The notes under the pieces are model-generated. The model saw nothing but the letters and a program-made list of their open reading frames with translations. It had not been told where the DNA came from and searched no databases. 64,000 nucleotides of DNA from Pseudomonadota bacterium (GTDB taxonomy: Bacteria; Bdellovibrionota_B; Oligoflexia; Oligoflexales; CAIYRB01), in contig JANOTL010000136.1 of assembly GCA_031416315.1 (NCBI GenBank), positions 1 to 64,000 of the forward strand. The letters are read 5' to 3'. Shown one piece after another: positions 28,544-38,181 of the stretch (position 1 is its first letter; each line of letters begins with the position of its first letter). Position numbers and translations under genes: made by a program.

Positions 28544-30645
28544 GCCGGCGTCTCCTTTCCGGCGCTCGCCGCGTCGAAAGTGGGATGGATCGCGGCCGGG
28601 CAGGAGGCGCCCTCCTTCTCTTTCCACGGCGCGTGGATCTGGTAGGTGCCGCCCTCGTCGAAGAAAGGATGATCGCAGAAACGCCGGCACACCTGCATGT
28701 AGTCCCCGATGTTCCAGCGGTCGATCCCCCACTTTGGATCGCCGAGCGCCTCGCGGTTCTTGAAGCTTCTTTGGAACGGAATGACGCTGACGACGTTGCC
28801 GGTAAGGGCGGAGGTGTAGCTTACTGCACCGATGTACGGAAAATCCCAGGCGGTCCCGACGCGGTACTCGCCCGCGGCCGAATCGGACATCCACAGCGCC
28901 GCCGCCTCGACGATGGTGAAGCTTTCCTGCTCGGCGGGCATGTCGTCCAAGCGAAAGCGGAGATTGCCCAGGATCTCGGCGCCGCCCTTGTCTAGACAGA
29001 GGCGGATCACTTGACCGTCGGAGAGGACGAGCCGCTCGCCGTCGTGGAAGGTCACCTGCTTGCCCGCTTCCTGCCGCGTGTTGGCGCCGGTCGGCACCGA
29101 GCTGAAGCCGACGCTCGGATTCTTCGCGAGGCCGCGGTCGCCGTATTTGTCGACGTATTTCTGGTAGTCCGCGAGGGACGGGAAGGCGCCCATCGGCGTG
29201 ATGAAGTTGATCACCGTCAAGTCGAGGTTGGTCGTCGGCGTCACCGAGCAGTTCTCGTTCAAGCCGGCGGGCTGCGGGTCGAAAATCAATTCCTCCGGTG
29301 TAATCGCTTGCGGGCACCACAAGAGGAGCTTCCGCTGCGCTGCCGTCGGGCGGAAATCCGTGCGGCTGTCGTAGACGAAGCCGCCGACGAGCCGAGGCGA
29401 GACGTTCGCGGCCTCGCTCGCGATCTGCGCCGACAAGGACTCGGCGATGATCTGGTGGAAACGCCGGAACTCCTTGCTCAGGTTCTGATGGAATAGGACG
29501 ACGAAGACGAAGTCGCGGCCGTCGGAGCTTTCTTGCTTCACCAAGGTGAGGCGCTCGACCATCAGCGTCTCGAAGGCGGTCTTGAACTCGGCCTCCTTGC
29601 CAACGCGGAAGCAGAGATCGACCGGCCGGTCCGGAAGCCCGAGGATGTATTTCTGATAGGTGAAGAAGTCGGCGTCGGTGACCTGATCTGCCTGCGGATC
29701 GTCCTGGCAGTAGCGCAAGACGATCGGCATCTCGATCGCTTTCCGGAGCGGCGTGAGAAAGGTGTAAGACGAGGGCCCGAGCTCCGGGTTCTTCTGCGCG
29801 TAGCCGCTGCCGAGAAAGAGGCGCGCGCCCTTCTTGTCGAGAAACTCGCCGGTGAAACAGACGCCGCGCTCGCCGCCGGCGGGATCGAAGCGCGGCGGGA
29901 GCCAGCTCTTCTCGCCGACGAACTCGGCAGAGACGGCGCCCGCCGCCGCGGGCGCGCAAAAAGCCGGGGTGAAGAGGAAGTCGGAGCCCTGGGCGCGCGC
30001 CGTCTGGATCTCGTCCGCCGTCGTCGCCACGAGCGCGGGCTCGCGGATGCGAAAACGGCGGCGCATGCCGTATCTCAGAATCTCCGCGTCGCCCGGCGCG
30101 CCGAAGTTGTGGTGCACCCGGGTTTGCACGTGCTCGTTGGTCACGTCCCAGACGCCGTAGAGAAAGGCGCTGTGGGCGCTCGCATCCGTGCCCGCCGGGT
30201 GCGCTTGGACGGAGGCCTCGAGCTCGAGGAAGAGCGAGGCGTCGGGGTTGTAGTTGACGCGCACTGTCATCGAGTCCAAAGGCTTGTCGGTCACGAAGCT
30301 GTAGCTGCCGCAGATCCTCCGTGCGCCGCAGCTCTCCACCGAGTGCTCGTGCACGCCGGCGGCGAAGTCGATGCGCGCCCAGTCGTGGATCTCGGTGCCC
30401 CCAGCGGGTGTCTTCAGCGTATAGCGCATCTCCCAGAAGGCCTGCTCGAGCAGCGCCGGGTCCTCGGCGACGGAGAAGAAGACGTAGGCGACGTTCTCGT
30501 TGCCGAACCAGTGGGCGTTGGCGGCGGTGAAGCTGCCTTGTTGCTCGATTAGGGGGACTTTGCGGCAGGCGGTGACGTTGGCGCTTACGCCTACGACGAC
30601 GAGCGCGAGCGCGAGCGCGAGCGCGGGCGGGGACGGGCGGGTCAC
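28540..30645 (-). CDS. Large Cys-rich lipoprotein of unknown function
   Basis: GTGA coupling; lipobox VTAC; about 700 aa with multiple Cys pairs. Confidence 0.7.
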   Translation of the reverse strand: MTRPSPPALALALALVVVGVSANVTACRKVPLIEQQGSFTAANAHWFGNENVAYVFFSVAEDPALLEQAFWEMRYTLKTPAGGTEIHDWARIDFAAGVHEHSVESCGARRICGSYSFVTDKPLDSMTVRVNYNPDASLFLELEASVQAHPAGTDASAHSAFLYGVWDVTNEHVQTRVHHNFGAPGDAEILRYGMRRRFRIREPALVATTADEIQTARAQGSDFLFTPAFCAPAAAGAVSAEFVGEKSWLPPRFDPAGGERGVCFTGEFLDKKGARLFLGSGYAQKNPELGPSSYTFLTPLRKAIEMPIVLRYCQDDPQADQVTDADFFTYQKYILGLPDRPVDLCFRVGKEAEFKTAFETLMVERLTLVKQESSDGRDFVFVVLFHQNLSKEFRRFHQIIAESLSAQIASEAANVSPRLVGGFVYDSRTDFRPTAAQRKLLLWCPQAITPEELIFDPQPAGLNENCSVTPTTNLDLTVINFITPMGAFPSLADYQKYVDKYGDRGLAKNPSVGFSSVPTGANTRQEAGKQVTFHDGERLVLSDGQVIRLCLDKGGAEILGNLRFRLDDMPAEQESFTIVEAAALWMSDSAAGEYRVGTAWDFPYIGAVSYTSALTGNVVSVIPFQRSFKNREALGDPKWGIDRWNIGDYMQVCRRFCDHPFFDEGGTYQIHAPWKEKEGASCPAAIHPTFDAASAGKETPA

Positions 30646-31391
30646 GGTTGGGAGAGGAGCCACTGGACCACCTGTGCCGTGTCTGCCTTGATCGTCGCGG
30701 CGCGCGCGGCGATGCCGGCGTCCGACGGATCGACGTTGTCGATCGGGGTGCCGTCGACGCGGGCGTCGGTCGCGGTGGCGCCGCTCCACGAGGAGAAATA
30801 GCCTTCGGTCGAATGCTCGAGGACGAAGTGCGTCACCGTCCGGGCCTTCCGGCCGCTCTGCACCATCTTGTCCCAGGCGAACCAGTTCGGCTTGAGGACG
30901 ACATCGGGCGGGTCGAGCTCCACGTCCCCTTCCCAAAACACGGCACGCAGCTCGATCAAGGGACGATCGAGCGGATCGTCGGCCGGATCGGGATCCGGCG
31001 CCCAAGGCTTGGCGCTGATCGCGGCGCCGCGGACGACGGTCAGCGTGTCGCAGTCGTCCTTCGTGACGGGGCGCGGCCGGAGGACGAAGTTCTGCGCGAT
31101 GCCGGCGAGCGCCGCCGACAGCGAGGCGACGCGCTGCGCCCATTCGGATTTTCTGAATTCGGCGATGCCGTCGTTCGGAAAGCAGCCGTCGTCGGCGACC
31201 GCGTCGTCGGTCAGGTAGATGGGCTCGAACAGCACGTAGAATAGCGGCGGAATCGTGGGAATTGGCGGCGGCGGCGGCGTGGGATCGTCACCCGAGCCGT
31301 CTTTCTTGTCGTACTCCCAGCCTTCGTAGCAGCCGGGGAGCCCGGCAACGACGAAGAGGAGGACGAAGATGCGCGCCGCGTGGAGCATCAC
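30642..31391 (-). CDS. Lipoprotein of unknown function
   Basis: Lipobox LPGC; Pro-rich N-terminus; 4-bp overlaps on both sides. Confidence 0.7.
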   Translation of the reverse strand: MMLHAARIFVLLFVVAGLPGCYEGWEYDKKDGSGDDPTPPPPPIPTIPPLFYVLFEPIYLTDDAVADDGCFPNDGIAEFRKSEWAQRVASLSAALAGIAQNFVLRPRPVTKDDCDTLTVVRGAAISAKPWAPDPDPADDPLDRPLIELRAVFWEGDVELDPPDVVLKPNWFAWDKMVQSGRKARTVTHFVLEHSTEGYFSSWSGATATDARVDGTPIDNVDPSDAGIAARAATIKADTAQVVQWLLSQP

Positions 31392-33118
31392 TTGATGACC
31401 TTCGCGTTGATGGCGCCGAGGTCTATCAGACCCTGCGCATCCTTTTCTTTGACGAACGCGGAGACCTGCGTCCGGGCCTCGTTCGCCAGCGCCCGGTCCG
31501 GATGCGCCGCGTTGAGATAGCGTCCGATCGACTCAGCCAGGCGCGGCTTCAGGCGGCCCAGGATCTCCTTCCTGGCCTCGTGCTGCTCCAAATACGCCGC
31601 CGCGGCCTTGGGATTCAGGGCCAAGAAGGCCTCGGTGAGGAGCGCGTCGGGAAGATGCGCGAGGGAGGCGTCGAGGAAGATCCGCGGCGAGACCGCTTGG
31701 GCCAGCTCGGGACGCGACTTCGCGATGCCCTGCCACAGCTCCTTCCTCTCGTCTGGGCCGAGCGCGTTCAACGCCTGCTCGAGGAGCGGCACGCGGCGGA
31801 GCGGCACGGTGCGCAGATCGCCGTGGCTCGACTCGTGGATCTCGCGCATTTTCCGCGCCGTGCCGCGCACGACCGGATCGGGAACCTTGTCGACCGTCGC
31901 CAGCTGCTCGACGAAGGCGGAGAGGAAGCTGGCGTCGGAAGCGGCGAAGAAATCGTCGCGCAGAAGCCGCGGCATGTTGGCGATGGCGACGACGGCCTCG
32001 GTGGTGCTGAGCTCGGCGAGGAGGCCCTTCGCCTCGTCGACGGTGAGGTTCGCCATGAAGGCGAATTCGTCCTCGAGCGCCGTCTCGTCGGTGAGCCGCA
32101 CCTTCGCTCCGACTAGGCGCCGCTCGACGCGCTCGAGGAAGTTCCAAGAATCCGAGATGGTCGTCTTCTTCGGCCCCGCTTCCAGGCTTACTTCCTGCGT
32201 ATAGGCCTCTGAAAGGCGCGAAAGCTTGGACGCGAGCTGCGGCTTCTTCTTCAGGCTCGCCAGGGGCTCCGGGCCGAAGTGGCGGAGGAAGAGGCAGAGC
32301 TCGTCGTATTGATCGCTTTCGAGGAGCGGCCGCAGGACCTGCTCGGTCAGAAGGGGCGACTCGGCGAGGGCGCCTCGGAGCTGCTCCGTCTTCGTCATCA
32401 GCATGTAAGGCGAGGCATTCGCCTCGGGCGCTTCCGCCTTGACGGCGAGCGAGGTCGAGTCGACCTCCGTCGGCAGCGCCACGCGCGGCGCCATCTCGTC
32501 CTTCGGCCGCGTCTTTCCGAGGCGGCGCAGGCCCCAGATCAAGCCGAGGAGCACCAACATGCCGACGAGCGCGCAGGCGAGCCACGGCAGGACCGGGATG
32601 AGCGAGGCGGCGATCTGCTCGTTCACGGTCGGCGGCGGGGGCGGCGGGGGCGCGGGCTGCTGCGGCAAGAGCTCCGGCGGCTTCGTGGCGTTGACGACGT
32701 CGGGCTTCGGATTCAGCATGCGACTCGTGAGTTGGAGCGCGACGCCGGTGGCCTTCACCTTCTGCAGGAGGCGCTGGCGCAAGCTCGCGAGCTGCTTCGC
32801 GTCCATTCCCGGCTCGTAGGTGAACTCGCAGCGCACGGAGGCGAGCTTGTACTGCACGGATTTCGGCGGCGCATCCTCGAAATCCAAGCCGGGGAGCGAC
32901 GACCCCTGCCGCTCGTCCAAGGTCAAAAAGCGCGTGGTCTCGCAGCCGACGGCGCTACAGATGTTGTTCGGGCACTCCTCCTCCAGCACGGCGGCGAAGC
33001 GGTCGGCGATGCCCGCCGTCTCGGCGGCGATCCCCGGGGGAATCTGCGTCTTTTGCGCGAAGGCCGCCGAGCTCACGAGAAGAAAGGGTCCCAGCTTCCA
33101 CGTCATCTTCATCCTCAT
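31388..33118 (-). CDS. Membrane-anchored FliG-like rotor protein (signal peptide, periplasmic domain, TM, FliG middle/C-terminal-like domains)
   Basis: FAFMANLTVDEAKGLLAELSTTEAVVAIANM...LATVDKVPDPVV resembles FliG-M; ALNALGPDERKELWQGIAKSRPELAQAVSPRIF...KEILGRLKPRLAESI...EARTQVSAFVKEKDAQGLIDL resembles FliG-C. Confidence 0.7.
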   Translation of the reverse strand: MRMKMTWKLGPFLLVSSAAFAQKTQIPPGIAAETAGIADRFAAVLEEECPNNICSAVGCETTRFLTLDERQGSSLPGLDFEDAPPKSVQYKLASVRCEFTYEPGMDAKQLASLRQRLLQKVKATGVALQLTSRMLNPKPDVVNATKPPELLPQQPAPPPPPPPTVNEQIAASLIPVLPWLACALVGMLVLLGLIWGLRRLGKTRPKDEMAPRVALPTEVDSTSLAVKAEAPEANASPYMLMTKTEQLRGALAESPLLTEQVLRPLLESDQYDELCLFLRHFGPEPLASLKKKPQLASKLSRLSEAYTQEVSLEAGPKKTTISDSWNFLERVERRLVGAKVRLTDETALEDEFAFMANLTVDEAKGLLAELSTTEAVVAIANMPRLLRDDFFAASDASFLSAFVEQLATVDKVPDPVVRGTARKMREIHESSHGDLRTVPLRRVPLLEQALNALGPDERKELWQGIAKSRPELAQAVSPRIFLDASLAHLPDALLTEAFLALNPKAAAAYLEQHEARKEILGRLKPRLAESIGRYLNAAHPDRALANEARTQVSAFVKEKDAQGLIDLGAINAKVIK

Positions 33119-33810
33119 TCCGCTCCACCTTCCGCTTCGGGCTCCGCCTGACCCTCATCCTTCGGCGAAGCCGGTGCGCCCGAGAGCGAGCGCTCCAGCT
33201 CCGCGATCTGCGCCGCGACGCGGCGATTGGGCTCGATCTCCTCCGCCTTGCGATAGGCCTCGAGCGCCGCCGCGCGCTCGCCGATCTTCAGCAAGAGCGA
33301 GCCTTTGATCCGGAGCGACTCGACGTGCGCCGGGTATTTCGCCAGGAGCTGGTCCGCGTACTGCAAAGCCAGGGCGAAATTCCCGTCGCGCACGAGCTTT
33401 CGGATCATCTCGTGCGTGCGCACGATGCTCGTCGTCGGTGCCTTGGCCTGCACCGGCTGGCCGCTGGAGAGGTAGGCGTCCTCCGCGCTCTTGTCGGCGG
33501 CGGTCGGCGGCAGGGGCACCAAGGACAGCGCGGGCGCGGCGTCCTTCGACTTGTTGTCGACCAAAATCTGCTGGCCGGAGGAGAGGATCGGGATCATCAC
33601 CTCCGTCATCGTCGAGCCGTCGTTGTAGACCACCTTGACGTTGTAGGGGGAGAGCATCGCCGGCTTGTCGGGCGTGCCCTTCTCGCGGTCGGGCAAGGGG
33701 TAGTGCACCTCGTCCTCGACGACGTAGTTCCAGAACTCGCGGCCGGAGATGCAGCCCGTGAGGGCCGCCGCCGCGAGGACGAGGAGCAGGAGCTTGGCGA
33801 GCTGACGCAT
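33115..33810 (-). CDS. TPR-containing lipoprotein
   Basis: Lipobox LTGC; C-terminal TPRs (LRIKGSLLLKIGERAAALEAYRKAEEIEP). Confidence 0.8.
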   Translation of the reverse strand: MRQLAKLLLLVLAAAALTGCISGREFWNYVVEDEVHYPLPDREKGTPDKPAMLSPYNVKVVYNDGSTMTEVMIPILSSGQQILVDNKSKDAAPALSLVPLPPTAADKSAEDAYLSSGQPVQAKAPTTSIVRTHEMIRKLVRDGNFALALQYADQLLAKYPAHVESLRIKGSLLLKIGERAAALEAYRKAEEIEPNRRVAAQIAELERSLSGAPASPKDEGQAEPEAEGGAE

Positions 33811-33818
33811 GGATCCCC

Positions 33819-34778
33819 CTAGAGCATGAACGGCATGAGCAACGGATTGAAGAGGCTGATGCCAAGCGAGAGCGTGTTGTCGGTGTTGCCGATCGCGAAG
33901 ATTCCGAAGGTGGTGGAGAAGGCGTACTGGGCGCCGATCTGCAACACGAATTTCTTCGTCAGGTCGTCGTCGTCTTCGCCGATCGGGCCGGCGCCGAAGG
34001 CATTCTGCAACGGGTAGAAGAGCGTGCCGTTGAAGTTGAGCTTGCGCAAGGTCGGCATCATGTACTTGTAGGTGGCGCCGAGCGCGAAGGTCGGGCTGAA
34101 AAGGCTGAGGACGACGCCGGAAAGGTGCTGGTTGAGGCTTCCCCACTGCTCCAGATACTCCAGCTGGAACGTGCCAGTGGGGTAAGCGCCGAGGTTCAGG
34201 AAGATGTAGGCGAGCGACTCACCGAACTTGCGACGCTCGAGCTCGCGGGAAAGGTGGAGGTATGGCTTCGTATCCGAAAGCCGCTCGGAGCTATCGGCCA
34301 AGGCGAAGAAGAGGAGCGCGCCGTCGTCGAGCCCAATGACGCGCATTTCCACACCGGACGGCGTCTCCCGCACGGTCGCCACGCTCTTGGCGGCGCGAAA
34401 GCGGGGATCCTGACGCAAGCGCGCGATGTCGCCCAGGGCGAGCTCGCCGTTGCTGATCGAGACGCTCTGATTCTGCTGGATGTGGAGGCGGTGCGTATCG
34501 CAGTCCGGACAGATGATGACCGTACCTGCGTCCGGGATGACGTTCTTGATCACCGCGAGCGCGGAGCTGCCGAAGTCGTCGCGGGACTCCACCCAGACGT
34601 TTTTCGGCGGCGCCAGGAGCATCGGCACGATCTTGTTCTTGAGGCCCGGCTCGGTCTCCATGCGGTGGCGGAAAGAGTCCTCGAGCACGGCAAGGTCCTT
34701 GCCCGTCTGCGCCAGGACGGCGAAAGCGCGCGACGGCAGGAGCGCCGCGACAAAAAGCGCGAGGACGAGCCTTACCAT
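33819..34778 (-). CDS. Secreted CxxC protein with alpha/beta N-domain and beta-strand C-region (apparent paralog of the next gene)
   Basis: Signal peptide; ICPDC...SISNG; amphipathic strands in the C-terminal half. Confidence 0.65.
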   Translation of the reverse strand: MVRLVLALFVAALLPSRAFAVLAQTGKDLAVLEDSFRHRMETEPGLKNKIVPMLLAPPKNVWVESRDDFGSSALAVIKNVIPDAGTVIICPDCDTHRLHIQQNQSVSISNGELALGDIARLRQDPRFRAAKSVATVRETPSGVEMRVIGLDDGALLFFALADSSERLSDTKPYLHLSRELERRKFGESLAYIFLNLGAYPTGTFQLEYLEQWGSLNQHLSGVVLSLFSPTFALGATYKYMMPTLRKLNFNGTLFYPLQNAFGAGPIGEDDDDLTKKFVLQIGAQYAFSTTFGIFAIGNTDNTLSLGISLFNPLLMPFML

Positions 34779-35977
34779 CGGATCACCATGCCGATCCCCA
34801 TGTCTTGGTACGGGATGCCGATGAAGCGGTCGGAGGCGATGGTGTCGCTGTCTTTCAGCAGGGGCGAGTACTCGAGGAACGCCATCGCGCCGTAGCGATA
34901 TTTGATGTGCGTCTCGAGGCCGAGACGATACATGAGCAGCGTCGCCTTCGGCTCGTCGCGCTCGCGCAGGAGATTGTCGATGTCCATCTCCTCGGCGCCG
35001 AACGGCAAAGCGCCCGGACCGCGCAGACGCACGTAATGAAAGCCGCCAAACATGTAGACGTCGGGGTTGGCCAGGCTCGGCGTGTCGCCGAAGAGGAGCT
35101 GGGCCAGGTGACCGCCGACGCTGAAGCCTTGCATCGAGTCCTTGATGCTGGTGAAGCCGACCGTGACGGCAGCGCGCCGCGCCCGGTTCGGTAGGAGGAC
35201 GCCCTCGAAGCTCTGCTCGAAGAAGATGAGGGGCGCGGTCGTCTCGCCGAACGCGGTGTTGCTCAGGGTAAAGCTGCGCACGGAGAAGCGCGTCACCACC
35301 TCGAAGGCGTCGCGGCCCTGGATCAGCTCTTTTTGCTGCTTGCGCGCCTCTTCCAGGGAGATCAACGGCGTCGCTTCGCGTAGCACGCGGCGCGTCGACA
35401 TGGAGGTGGAGTAGCTTTTCGCCCAGACGATCGCCTGCGAGCCTTTCAACTCGAAGATCTGGGCGCGCAGGACGAGGTCGCGCGCCTCGGCCTCGAAGGA
35501 CAGGCTCAGCGCGAGGCGCTCGGGTGAAGCCTGCAGGAGCCCGGTCAGGACCTCCGGCTGGTCGATGCCGCGGCTGATGGTCGTGCCGCTTTGGGTCGAC
35601 TTCGCCACCATCTGCGTACAGATACTGCAATGCGTGAGCTTCACGGGTAGCCCCGGATTGGCGCGGACCAGCTCGAAAAGCCGATTCTCCACCAAGATCG
35701 TGAAGCGGTCGTCGAGGCCGATCGGCGCCGTCACCTCGACGAGGGTCACCGCGCGGGTCTCGCGGAAGGGCTGATCTTTCGCCCAGGAGAAGACCATGTC
35801 GTCGACTAGGTCGGCGCCCATGAGGCGGAGGTCTAGGTGGACGGGTTTTTCGTCGGGGGGGGTGGTGGCTTGGGCGGGGGGGGCGGCTACGAAACCGAAT
35901 GCGAATACGACTACGAATACGACGACGTTCACGAGCGCGAGCGCGGGCGCGGGGAGTCGTGGTTGGAGGAGCTTCAT
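34772..35977 (-). CDS. Secreted CxxC protein with FlgO/CsgG-like N-domain and C-terminal beta-barrel-like region
   Basis: Signal peptide; HCSIC...TISRG; LVLRAQIFEL..IVWAKS; ends GIGMVIRW. Confidence 0.65.
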   Translation of the reverse strand: MKLLQPRLPAPALALVNVVVFVVVFAFGFVAAPPAQATTPPDEKPVHLDLRLMGADLVDDMVFSWAKDQPFRETRAVTLVEVTAPIGLDDRFTILVENRLFELVRANPGLPVKLTHCSICTQMVAKSTQSGTTISRGIDQPEVLTGLLQASPERLALSLSFEAEARDLVLRAQIFELKGSQAIVWAKSYSTSMSTRRVLREATPLISLEEARKQQKELIQGRDAFEVVTRFSVRSFTLSNTAFGETTAPLIFFEQSFEGVLLPNRARRAAVTVGFTSIKDSMQGFSVGGHLAQLLFGDTPSLANPDVYMFGGFHYVRLRGPGALPFGAEEMDIDNLLRERDEPKATLLMYRLGLETHIKYRYGAMAFLEYSPLLKDSDTIASDRFIGIPYQDMGIGMVIRW

Positions 35978-36549
35978 AGGGCTCTCCAGGTCGCGGGCTC
36001 GCCGGCGATTTTGGGGCGGTCGAAGGCATAGACGCTGAATAAGAGGTTGGCGTCCTGAACGCGTCGTACTGAGATCACCAGCCGGCGCACTTCAGGATCT
36101 ACGGCGCGGCGCGCCACGCGGCCGCTACCTAACGCTTGCACCAGCTCCGTGCGCCAAATCGTCTCCACGTAATGCTTCACGTCGGGATCGTCGGCTTCGA
36201 CCTCGACCGACCAGACGGACGGCGCGGCGCGATCTTCTTGCGCCAGGCTGCGGGCGATCGCCTGCGCCTTTTTCACCGCGTGCTGCGAGACGTAGTCGGC
36301 GAACGTGTCGCGGTCGCCGAAGCGCACGGCGCGCGCCTCGCACACCCAGAATCCCTTCAAATTGAAGGTCGAGGCCTTGCCCTCGGGCGCAAGCCCGTCC
36401 TTTGACAGCTCCGCGCGCGTCGCCGGCCGGCATGGCGGCGGGCGATTTTCCTTTAAACCGAGCTCGTAGCGCGTCTGTGGCGTCATCAGCCATTCGCCTT
36501 GGCTGCCGATGCCGATGAGGAGGAGGATCGCGATCAGGAAGGGGCTCAC
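35974..36549 (-). CDS. Secreted hypothetical protein
   Basis: GTGA and ATGA coupling; hydrophobic N-terminus MSPFLIAILLLIGIG. Confidence 0.65.
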   Translation of the reverse strand: MSPFLIAILLLIGIGSQGEWLMTPQTRYELGLKENRPPPCRPATRAELSKDGLAPEGKASTFNLKGFWVCEARAVRFGDRDTFADYVSQHAVKKAQAIARSLAQEDRAAPSVWSVEVEADDPDVKHYVETIWRTELVQALGSGRVARRAVDPEVRRLVISVRRVQDANLLFSVYAFDRPKIAGEPATWRAL

Positions 36550-37379
36550 CTTTGGGCCTCCCCGGGAGCGAGGGCCGCGATGCGGTCGCGCGCCGCGAAC
36601 GTGTACACGGTGTTTTGCAAGTAGCGCAGGAAGAGCCGTCCGAAGATCTCGCGGTCTTCGTTCCGCCCGCGCTTGCGCAGATACTGCATGCCTAGGACCG
36701 GCAGCGCGGCGGCACCGAGGATGCGCCGCACTTTCAAGGACATCGTCTTGCGCACTTCGTTGCCGCGGGCGACGTCGAGCACGCGCAGCTCGGCGCCCGA
36801 ATCGATGTCCTCGAGGCAAGGTCCCATACCGAAGAAGAGGAGCGTCAGGATCGTGATGCCGCAATAGTCGGAGTCGGAGGCGCGCGAGACGTAGAGGACG
36901 GCGTAGTCGGGCGTCTCCTTCGCCTGATCGCCGTAGCGCCGCGGCAAGGGCTCGTCATTGCGACCACGTGGCCGTGGTGCTGCGAGCGCTTTGGAGCCGC
37001 TGCCGCCGCCTGATCCAACGCCAGAGGCGCTTCCAGAGCCGCTACCCGTGTCTTCGGCCTCTGGCGGGTCTTCGATCAGGATGGTAGCGCCGAGGTAGCC
37101 GAGCTCGACGCGCAATTTGCCGCAGTTTGGGCCGTCGTCCTTCGACGGCGGCTGATCGTCACCGCTGTCCAGGACGCAGTCGACGCGCAGCTTCACGCCC
37201 GCCAGGGCTTCCGCGTCGAGTCGCAAATCCGGGGACTCGGCCCACTCGCCCTCCGGGCGCACGAAAGAGATGCACCCCGAGAGGAGCGCGGTCGCGACGA
37301 AAAGGAGAGCCGCTCGGCCCACTTTTGACACGAGCGCTCGGGTGTCTGTATCTTTGAGGGACGGTTTCGCATTCATCAT
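36546..37379 (-). CDS. Lipoprotein of unknown function (first gene of the operon; start uncertain)
   Basis: Lipobox LSGC; GS-rich insert; CGITILTLLFFGMGPC hydrophobic hairpin. Confidence 0.7.
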   Translation of the reverse strand: MMNAKPSLKDTDTRALVSKVGRAALLFVATALLSGCISFVRPEGEWAESPDLRLDAEALAGVKLRVDCVLDSGDDQPPSKDDGPNCGKLRVELGYLGATILIEDPPEAEDTGSGSGSASGVGSGGGSGSKALAAPRPRGRNDEPLPRRYGDQAKETPDYAVLYVSRASDSDYCGITILTLLFFGMGPCLEDIDSGAELRVLDVARGNEVRKTMSLKVRRILGAAALPVLGMQYLRKRGRNEDREIFGRLFLRYLQNTVYTFAARDRIAALAPGEAQR

Positions 37380-37436
37380 ATTAGTTAGCGTATTGTCCCC
37401 GAGAAACTCGCGGCTTGCAACGAGGGCTCCCACGCC

Positions 37437-38177
37437 ATGATCACGCCGCTCGTCGGCCTCGCGATCCTGATCTTCGTTTTCAAGGTCGCCGTCACCGAGC
37501 GCGCCGGCGGCGAGCTCTCGTTCTTCGACTATCACGCCGCGCTCGTCGTCTTCGGCGGCGTCCTGGGCGCGCTCTGTCTCGCCATCGACTGGCGGGCGCT
37601 TTTACGCATGTTCATCGGCCTGCGCGACCTCCTGCCGACCACCAGCATCTTCACGCACGAGATGCGCAAGACGCAGAATTCGCTCATTAGCCTGCGCGAA
37701 TCCTGGCGCGAAGGACGCCGCGCGGTCGTCCTCGACATGGCCGACAAGGGGCCGACGCTCGAGATCCGCGTCGCCGCGGACGCTCTCATGCGCCAGCTCA
37801 CGGGCGCTGCGCTCGTGGAGCGCTTCTCCGAGATGCGCACGCGCTACATCGCCGTGAATCAGCCGATGATCGAGGGCTGGGACCTGATCGGCCGCATGGC
37901 GCCGTCGTTCGGCATGGTCGGCACGGTGACGGGCATGGTCCAGCTTTTCAAGAACATGGCGGCCGAGTCGGGCAACCTCGGCGGCGCCATGGCGATGGCG
38001 CTGCTCGCGACGCTCTACGGCATCACGTTCGGCGCCGCGGTCGGCAGCCCGATGGCGACGCGCCTCAACAACCAGCTGAACGAGCGGCTCAACATGATCG
38101 ACCTGCTCGAGCACACCGTCGCCTCGCTGCTCGCCGAAGGCGGCGGCGCCGCCCAACGCGTCCGCGCGGCGGAGTGA
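37437..38177 (+). CDS. motA: MotA-family ion channel (stator A subunit)
   Basis: FFDYHAALVVFGGVLGA, APSFGMVGTVTGMV, AMALLATLYG. Confidence 0.88.
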   Translation: MITPLVGLAILIFVFKVAVTERAGGELSFFDYHAALVVFGGVLGALCLAIDWRALLRMFIGLRDLLPTTSIFTHEMRKTQNSLISLRESWREGRRAVVLDMADKGPTLEIRVAADALMRQLTGAALVERFSEMRTRYIAVNQPMIEGWDLIGRMAPSFGMVGTVTGMVQLFKNMAAESGNLGGAMAMALLATLYGITFGAAVGSPMATRLNNQLNERLNMIDLLEHTVASLLAEGGGAAQRVRAAE

Positions 38178-38181
38178 GCCG

